38,895 nucleotides of DNA from IMG/VR virus record IMGVR_UViG_3300027974_000072, positions 1-38,895 of that record; one strand, given 5' to 3'. Under the pieces are notes generated by a model, which saw only the letters and a list, made by a program, of their open reading frames with translations, did not search any database and was not told the origin of the DNA. Position 1 is the stretch's first letter. Every line of letters starts with the position of its first letter. Positions 33,889 to 38,895 of this stretch are shown piece after piece. The translations under genes and the position numbers were made by a program. Source of the DNA: a virus (taxonomy: Duplodnaviria; Caudoviricetes).

Positions 33889-34233
33889 TTATAATTTTGA
33901 CTGTTGCAATTCTCCATTTATCAAAGTATTTTCAAGTGATTTTAACTCTAATTCATCCATAAAACCAACTTTTGTTGTTACTTCTTCACCATTAGCAAAT
34001 GACTTAATTGTTGGAATAGTTCTAATTCCCAATGAAAAACTAAATGGTCTGTCTGAATCCACATTGAACATATAATAAGAGACTTCTGAATTTTCTTCTA
34101 TAGCCTTTTTACTAACTTGTTCAAATATTGGTTTTTGCTTTCTACATCCTCCACACCATTCTGCCCATAAAACAACTATGATTTTATCACCTTTGTTAAT
34201 TTTTTCTTGTAATTCTGAGCTACTAATTTCCAT
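33889..34233 (-). CDS. Thioredoxin
   Basis: WAEWCGGC active site and the cis-Pro IPT motif. Confidence 0.9.
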   Translation of the reverse strand: MEISSSELQEKINKGDKIIVVLWAEWCGGCRKQKPIFEQVSKKAIEENSEVSYYMFNVDSDRPFSFSLGIRTIPTIKSFANGEEVTTKVGFMDELELKSLENTLINGELQQSKL

Positions 34234-34282
34234 TTTTATTTTCTTCTATTATTAAATTGCAAATAATATCAATTAGATTATT

Positions 34283-34474
34283 TTACTCATCTCCATATTC
34301 AAGAAATTTAAGAGCTTTAACAATTTCCTTAGCTTCTTCAAGAGTCATTTTGACAATTCCGTCAAAATCATCTGTAATTTGAATCCAACCATTATCAAGC
34401 ATTGTAACTTCTGGGCAGTTCGTATTTGGATTGCATGGGCATAATCTAACGCAGTTATTTGATAGTATTTTCAT
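34283..34474 (-). CDS. Small Cys-containing hypothetical protein
   Basis: 63 aa; CPCNPNTNCPEV...ITDDFDG; starts 3 nt after the nrdA stop. Confidence 0.7.
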   Translation of the reverse strand: MKILSNNCVRLCPCNPNTNCPEVTMLDNGWIQITDDFDGIVKMTLEEAKEIVKALKFLEYGDE

Positions 34475-34477
34475 AAA

Positions 34478-36121
34478 TTATCCTTCACAGTTTGTGCATT
34501 CGTTTAATTTTCTGTAAAAAGCTTGGGCAGCATTTGTGCTGTGTTGATAGTATAAGGTTTTAATGCCACTTTCCCAAGCAAAAATTAAAAGTTGGTTGAT
34601 TTCTTTTGTAGAAGTCTTTGGGGGAACTACAAGATTAAGACTCTGACCTTGATCAATAAATTTCTGACGTTGAGCAGCTTGAATAACTGTTTCCTTTGCT
34701 GAAATTTCTCCAAATGTTCTAAATGTATCTTTTTCTTCTTGAGTTAAGAACGAAAGATGTTGAACTGATCCATTATTCTTTAATACTGATTCCCAAATTT
34801 CTTCTGTATTATTCTGATGTTTTTCAAGAACTTTTTCTAAATCAGCATTACGAACAGAATGCTTGAACTTTGCCAAGTCTTTTACATAATAATTTGATTT
34901 GAAAGGCTCAATCGATTGAGAAACTTGTCCAAGAATAAATGCTGAAGATGTATTTGGAGCAACGGCGTGTCTTGTTGTCCATCTTTCTCCGTAGCCTTCT
35001 AGCAGTGGAGGCTCTCCAAGTTCCTTGGCGGCTTTTTTAGATGCCTCTAAGGAGGCATTGTTCATGTTCTCAAATATCTCATTGTTTAGCCACTTGGCTT
35101 CAAGAGATTCAAAAGGAATACCTTTAGCTTGAAGTAGAGAATGCCATCCTGTTGCACCAATTCCAATGGCTCTTTGATTTTCAGAAAATCTAACAGCACG
35201 TTTCATGAAAGGAATTTTTGAAGCCTTTTCAATAAATTCATCAAGAACTGAATCTAGGAAATAAGCCATAACTTCAACAGCATCTGTATCTTTCCATTCG
35301 TCATAATGAAGAAGATTCATTGAAGAGAGGCAACAAACGAATGATTCATCAGAAGTAGATGAAAGTAAAATTTCTGAACAAAGATTTGAACTATTAATTT
35401 TTAATCCTTTATCCTGATAAACCTTTGGTGCATTTTTATTAACATTATCGGAAAAGAAGATATATGGAAGACCTGTTTCTGATCTTGATTTAATCACCTT
35501 AGCCCAAACTTCTCTTTTTTCATTATCACCATTAATCATGGATTCCATCCAATTATCTGAAACGCAAACTCCAGAAAAAAGAAATTGAATAGAACTTCCT
35601 TCTTGTTTAATTTTTAAGAATTCATGAATATCCTTGTGGTCAATTGGAAGATAGCAAGCCATTGCTCCCCTACGAACGGAACTCTGTTTACAAACATTTG
35701 TAACAGATTCAAACAATTGCATGAAATGAATTGATCCATCAGACTTTCCTCCAGAAGAAATATCAGAACCTCTTGCTCTGACATCTCCAAAATACCCAGA
35801 AGTTCCACCTCCATGTTTTGTCATCATTCCAATCTCTGCTACATTGTAGAGAATGGAATCCATCGTATCTTCAACATGTGAATTAAAACAGCTAATTGGA
35901 AGTCCTCTTGGAGTTCCGTAGTTAGCCCAAACAGGAGAAGAATAAAGAAACCAACCTTTCTTAGAATATTCTAAGAACTTTTCTGCAAGTTTTTTACCCT
36001 TTCTTTCTCCAAAGGTTTTTGCAATATTTTCAATTCTCTGTTCTGGAGAAACTCCAGATGTAAGATATCCGTTTTGTAAAAAGATTTTAGCTGGTTTATT
36101 CAACCAAGGAAATTCACTCAT
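34478..36121 (-). CDS. nrdA: Ribonucleotide reductase class Ia alpha subunit (short form, no ATP-cone)
   Basis: LPISCF, GGGTS, RRGA, SNLCSEI, APNTSS, KTLYY, C-terminal CTNCEG. Confidence 0.95.
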   Translation of the reverse strand: MSEFPWLNKPAKIFLQNGYLTSGVSPEQRIENIAKTFGERKGKKLAEKFLEYSKKGWFLYSSPVWANYGTPRGLPISCFNSHVEDTMDSILYNVAEIGMMTKHGGGTSGYFGDVRARGSDISSGGKSDGSIHFMQLFESVTNVCKQSSVRRGAMACYLPIDHKDIHEFLKIKQEGSSIQFLFSGVCVSDNWMESMINGDNEKREVWAKVIKSRSETGLPYIFFSDNVNKNAPKVYQDKGLKINSSNLCSEILLSSTSDESFVCCLSSMNLLHYDEWKDTDAVEVMAYFLDSVLDEFIEKASKIPFMKRAVRFSENQRAIGIGATGWHSLLQAKGIPFESLEAKWLNNEIFENMNNASLEASKKAAKELGEPPLLEGYGERWTTRHAVAPNTSSAFILGQVSQSIEPFKSNYYVKDLAKFKHSVRNADLEKVLEKHQNNTEEIWESVLKNNGSVQHLSFLTQEEKDTFRTFGEISAKETVIQAAQRQKFIDQGQSLNLVVPPKTSTKEINQLLIFAWESGIKTLYYQHSTNAAQAFYRKLNECTNCEG

Positions 36122-36126
36122 ATTTA

Positions 36127-37119
36127 TTAAAAAAGGTCGTCAGCAGTAATTGATTTATTTTTTCTTGAATAAGCGGTAGGTCTTTGATCAAAGAAATCAA
36201 CATGAATATCGCTAAAAAGTTCTTCCTCAAACCATTTAGTTTTTGCTATGATATCTTTATCTACTTCGAATATAGCATCTAAACCGATTCCTGTCAAGGA
36301 TTGATTTAACCTATTTTTAACAAATTCCTTAACTTGATTAACCTTAATAAAATCAGTATCTCCTTTATCAAAAATCCAATCAATAACTTTTTCTTCAGCG
36401 GCAAAAGCCTTAATGCAATAAGTTCTAATTACGTTTTTAAGATCTTCGGTAAAGAATTCTGGATGCTCTTCTCTAATTTGATTAATTAGCCAAGTTCCAA
36501 ATGCTCCATGAATAGCTTCTTCTTTACTTGTCGCAGCAACCGCATTGTTAATATCCTTTAACATTTTGCGATGTTTGTTAAAGCTCATTATAACGAAAAA
36601 CTGAGAAAATAATGAAACGTTTTCAATAAAAAGAGAAAAAAGAATGATTGATCTCAAAAACTTTTCTTCTAAACGAGCATTAGAAAAGTCTTTATATTTT
36701 TTCAAATAGTTATGTCTATCTATGATTGCTGGAATTTCATAGATCTTTTCGAACTCTTCGTTTAAGCCCAACTTTTCAAGAAGGTGAGAATAAGCTCTCT
36801 CATGTCTAACTTCTGACTCAGAAAATGTAGCTCCAACCATATTTATCTCAGGAACAGGAATATGATTATACAAATTGCCCCAAAAAGTTTTAACGCTAAC
36901 TTCGATTTGGGAAATAAGAAGCAAGCATTTCTTGATTATTTCTTTCTGATAATCATCCAGTTCTGTGTGATACTGTTGAACATCTTGAGAAAAGGACCAT
37001 TCCTTATGAGTCCAATAAGATTCATTGATAGCATCAACGAACTGTTCGCACTCTGGATAGTCAAAAGGTTTAAAATGGTTTCTTTCAACAAATAAGTCCC
37101 TAGTTTTTTTCGAATTCAT
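36127..37119 (-). CDS. nrdB: Ribonucleotide reductase class Ia beta subunit
   Basis: ESEVRHERAY, ENVSLFSQF, EEAIH, DFF...AYS. Confidence 0.95.
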   Translation of the reverse strand: MNSKKTRDLFVERNHFKPFDYPECEQFVDAINESYWTHKEWSFSQDVQQYHTELDDYQKEIIKKCLLLISQIEVSVKTFWGNLYNHIPVPEINMVGATFSESEVRHERAYSHLLEKLGLNEEFEKIYEIPAIIDRHNYLKKYKDFSNARLEEKFLRSIILFSLFIENVSLFSQFFVIMSFNKHRKMLKDINNAVAATSKEEAIHGAFGTWLINQIREEHPEFFTEDLKNVIRTYCIKAFAAEEKVIDWIFDKGDTDFIKVNQVKEFVKNRLNQSLTGIGLDAIFEVDKDIIAKTKWFEEELFSDIHVDFFDQRPTAYSRKNKSITADDLF

Positions 37120-37139
37120 AAACAATTAGTGCGTTCTGT

Positions 37140-37168
37140 ATCTTACAGCCAAAACCCAATTTTGTAAA
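37140..37168 (-). promoter_or_regulatory. sigma70-type promoter for nrdB-nrdA
   Basis: TTTACA-N17-TAAGAT, 20 nt before ATG 37119. Confidence 0.55.
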
Positions 37169-37214
37169 GTAAAAAGTTTGAAAAAGATAATTTTGCTTAT
37201 TTGTTTTAGATATA

Positions 37215-38024
37215 TTAATATTTTACCCACCAATCTAATACATAATCCTCTCTTCCTTCATAATTTGCTTCGTCAACATCGTTATCTGGGCATGGATTAT
37301 TATTAATTCCCAATTTTTTAGATACTCTTTTATTAACGTAAGTTAATTCCAAAGAATCGGGAAAGTCCACGAATCTTGGAGAGTGATTGTTTCCATGAAT
37401 GTGAAAAAGATAAAAATATTCATTTAATTTTTTAAAGAAATCAATTTTCTTTTGTAGATTATCTTTAGCATCTTGAATTGGTGGATCTATTATCCAGCCA
37501 TCTGGAACCTCCTCGATTAAGCCGTGAACCTCTAAAGTGAATTGATCAAATGTATAAAAAAGAATTTTTAGATTTTCTTCAGTCAACCAATCATATTCAC
37601 ACCCTTCGATATCCATTTTTAAAATGAATTTATCAGAATTGCTTTTTTCAATTAAATTTGTTACATTTTTCTTAAAATTATATGGCGTAAGATATTCTTT
37701 AAAGAAGGATGAACCATTAACTTCAGTTGGTAGAGAATCTATAGATCCATCATACATGTCAATAAATAGGTTTTTAATTCCGATCTTGTCTAAAGATTGT
37801 TCAAAAGAAACTCCAGAAGGATCTCCTCCAATGCCATAAGAAAGAAAAGAAAAGGATTCATTATCAAAATATTTATCATTGCAAGCCAATATATAACCAC
37901 CATCTCCATTTCCAAATTTCTTCTTTATTAGATTTTTATCATTAAGATCATTAAGAGTATACGGAATTAACTCTCTTTTTAAGTTTTCGTATTTGTTCGG
38001 GTTTCTAGGGTCGAAAAATATCAT
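37215..38024 (-). CDS. SAM-dependent methyltransferase (FkbM/Methyltransf_22-like), paralogue of 3138-3839
   Basis: DGGY, SYGIG, LKMDIEGCEY, EVH, HIHGNN, LELTYVNK. Confidence 0.75.
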   Translation of the reverse strand: MIFFDPRNPNKYENLKRELIPYTLNDLNDKNLIKKKFGNGDGGYILACNDKYFDNESFSFLSYGIGGDPSGVSFEQSLDKIGIKNLFIDMYDGSIDSLPTEVNGSSFFKEYLTPYNFKKNVTNLIEKSNSDKFILKMDIEGCEYDWLTEENLKILFYTFDQFTLEVHGLIEEVPDGWIIDPPIQDAKDNLQKKIDFFKKLNEYFYLFHIHGNNHSPRFVDFPDSLELTYVNKRVSKKLGINNNPCPDNDVDEANYEGREDYVLDWWVKY

Positions 38025-38032
38025 ATATTTTG

Positions 38033-38060
38033 AATATAACGTTTTAAATACTTTTGTAAA
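38033..38060 (-). promoter_or_regulatory. sigma70-type promoter
   Basis: TTTACA-N16-TATATT-N8-ATG 38024. Confidence 0.7.
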
Positions 38061-38100
38061 GAGGAAAAGGTTAAACCTATGAAAATCTTTTCTTTTTTTC

Positions 38101-38233
38101 ATACGTCACATATACGTCGTATAAGTATACGTCTTTTGCTATTCGCTTCGCTCATAGCAAGTCGCTCGCAAGCTCGCGACATATATTATTATTAAGAGAA
38201 GAAAGCGAACGTCACTTATTCGCTCGCTTCCAT
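38101..38233. other. Structured non-coding element (candidate origin/ssDNA signal or ncRNA)
   Basis: ATACGTC x3 and two adjacent hairpins with GA/GA internal mismatches on the minus strand, one capped by GCGAAGC. Confidence 0.45.
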
Positions 38234-38239
38234 ATACGA

Positions 38240-38268
38240 AGTATATATGATATTTTTTATCTTGTCAA
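38240..38268 (-). promoter_or_regulatory. sigma70-type promoter firing into the structured element
   Basis: TTGACA-N17-TATACT. Confidence 0.7.
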
Positions 38269-38303
38269 GTGAAAAAAATAAATATTTTCAGTAAAAAAAT
38301 CAC

Positions 38304-38331
38304 TTGACTTCCTTTGAGAATTGGTTATACT
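38304..38331 (+). promoter_or_regulatory. sigma70-type promoter (leaderless dut)
   Basis: TTGACT-N16-TATACT-N5-ATG 38337. Confidence 0.75.
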
Positions 38332-38336
38332 CCGTT

Positions 38337-38813
38337 ATGGTTAATAACATTCTAGTTTACCAAGATGGTTTCAATAATATTCTTGAACCAAGAAGCGGGG
38401 ATTTGGGCTATGACCTCATAGCGTCTTCTGAACCTATTTTTGAAAACGACTTCATCGAATATGAAACTGATGTAAGAATAGAACCAACAAACAAGAATAT
38501 TCACGCTCTGGTTCTTCCTCGCAGCAGCATCAGTAAGACAAGGCTTGTTTTGGCTAACAGTCCTGCGTTGATTGATAATTCATACAGAGGGTCTATTCGA
38601 TTAAGATTTAGATATCTTCCAAACCATAAGGACTTTCACATTGTTGATTATAATAATTTAAAAATGACAATTAACGAGGACTTTATCTATAAAAAAGGAG
38701 ATAAAATTGGTCAACTTTTTTTTATTGAAGATTTCAACAAAAGACTAATTGAATGCACAGATCTTTCCGATTCAGAAAGAGGTAATGGAGGATTCGGCTC
38801 AACTGGCAAATAA
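38337..38813 (+). CDS. dut: dUTPase (trimeric)
   Basis: GYDL, PRSS, LANSPALIDNSYRG, GDKIGQL, RGNGGFGSTG. Confidence 0.95.
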   Translation: MVNNILVYQDGFNNILEPRSGDLGYDLIASSEPIFENDFIEYETDVRIEPTNKNIHALVLPRSSISKTRLVLANSPALIDNSYRGSIRLRFRYLPNHKDFHIVDYNNLKMTINEDFIYKKGDKIGQLFFIEDFNKRLIECTDLSDSERGNGGFGSTGK

Positions 38814-38814
38814 T

Positions 38815-38895
38815 ATGGCTATTTATAATAAAACAATTTCTGAAGAAGGTCTTGAAGAATTGAAACCATCTCAAAAAGTTAAACAGAAAATTATA
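38815..38895 (+). CDS. Partial CDS running off the right edge
   Basis: ATG 1 nt after the dut stop; MAIYNKTISEEGLEELKPSQKVKQKII is open to the end. Confidence 0.6.
   Translation, partial: MAIYNKTISEEGLEELKPSQKVKQKII

Noticed and set aside
14158-36121. Inteins or introns in dnaE, dnaB, recA and nrdA
   Set aside because: Conserved motifs are contiguous, lengths are normal or short, and no splicing or homing-endonuclease motifs are visible.
1-38895. Stop-codon reassignment
   Set aside because: Conserved genes are full length and tightly packed under the standard code.
1-38895. Eukaryotic giant virus or cellular chromosome origin
   Set aside because: Endolysin, DnaE/DnaB/DnaG-type replisome, sigma70 promoters, tail fibres and dense orphan genes indicate a bacteriophage.

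Overview
AT-rich segment of a large dsDNA bacteriophage, read in the standard genetic code. Left arm (1-11.9 kb): virion, lysis and glycosylation genes. It holds an M15 peptidase endolysin and three proteins with mucin-like (PTTTxA)n repeats; two of these sit directly upstream of a DxH-type GT-A glycosyltransferase with polypeptide GalNAc-transferase-like motifs, a second GT2 and a methyltransferase. A holin-like gene, an Sm/Hfq-like monocistronic gene and a membrane PAS protein follow. Middle (11.9-25.8 kb, minus strand): replication and recombination genes, namely a Clp ATPase, DnaE split into PHP and core genes, DEDDh exonuclease, RNA ligase, Cas4/AddB-like nuclease, primase, DnaB, endonuclease and RecA. 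Right (25.8-38.9 kb): a second sugar-modification cluster (Gmd, methyltransferase, DUF3431-like, GT4 fused to half of a split GT9), annealase-like and SSB-like genes, a tail fibre, thioredoxin, class Ia RNR and dUTPase. Two promoter classes are visible: sigma70-type TTGACA-N16-TAnnnT-N5/8-ATG (nearly leaderless) and a GTGTA-N9/12-ATG motif before virion-type genes. The best candidate for a new system is phage-encoded mucin-type O-glycosylation of virion proteins. All family calls come from motif recognition by eye; no searches were run.
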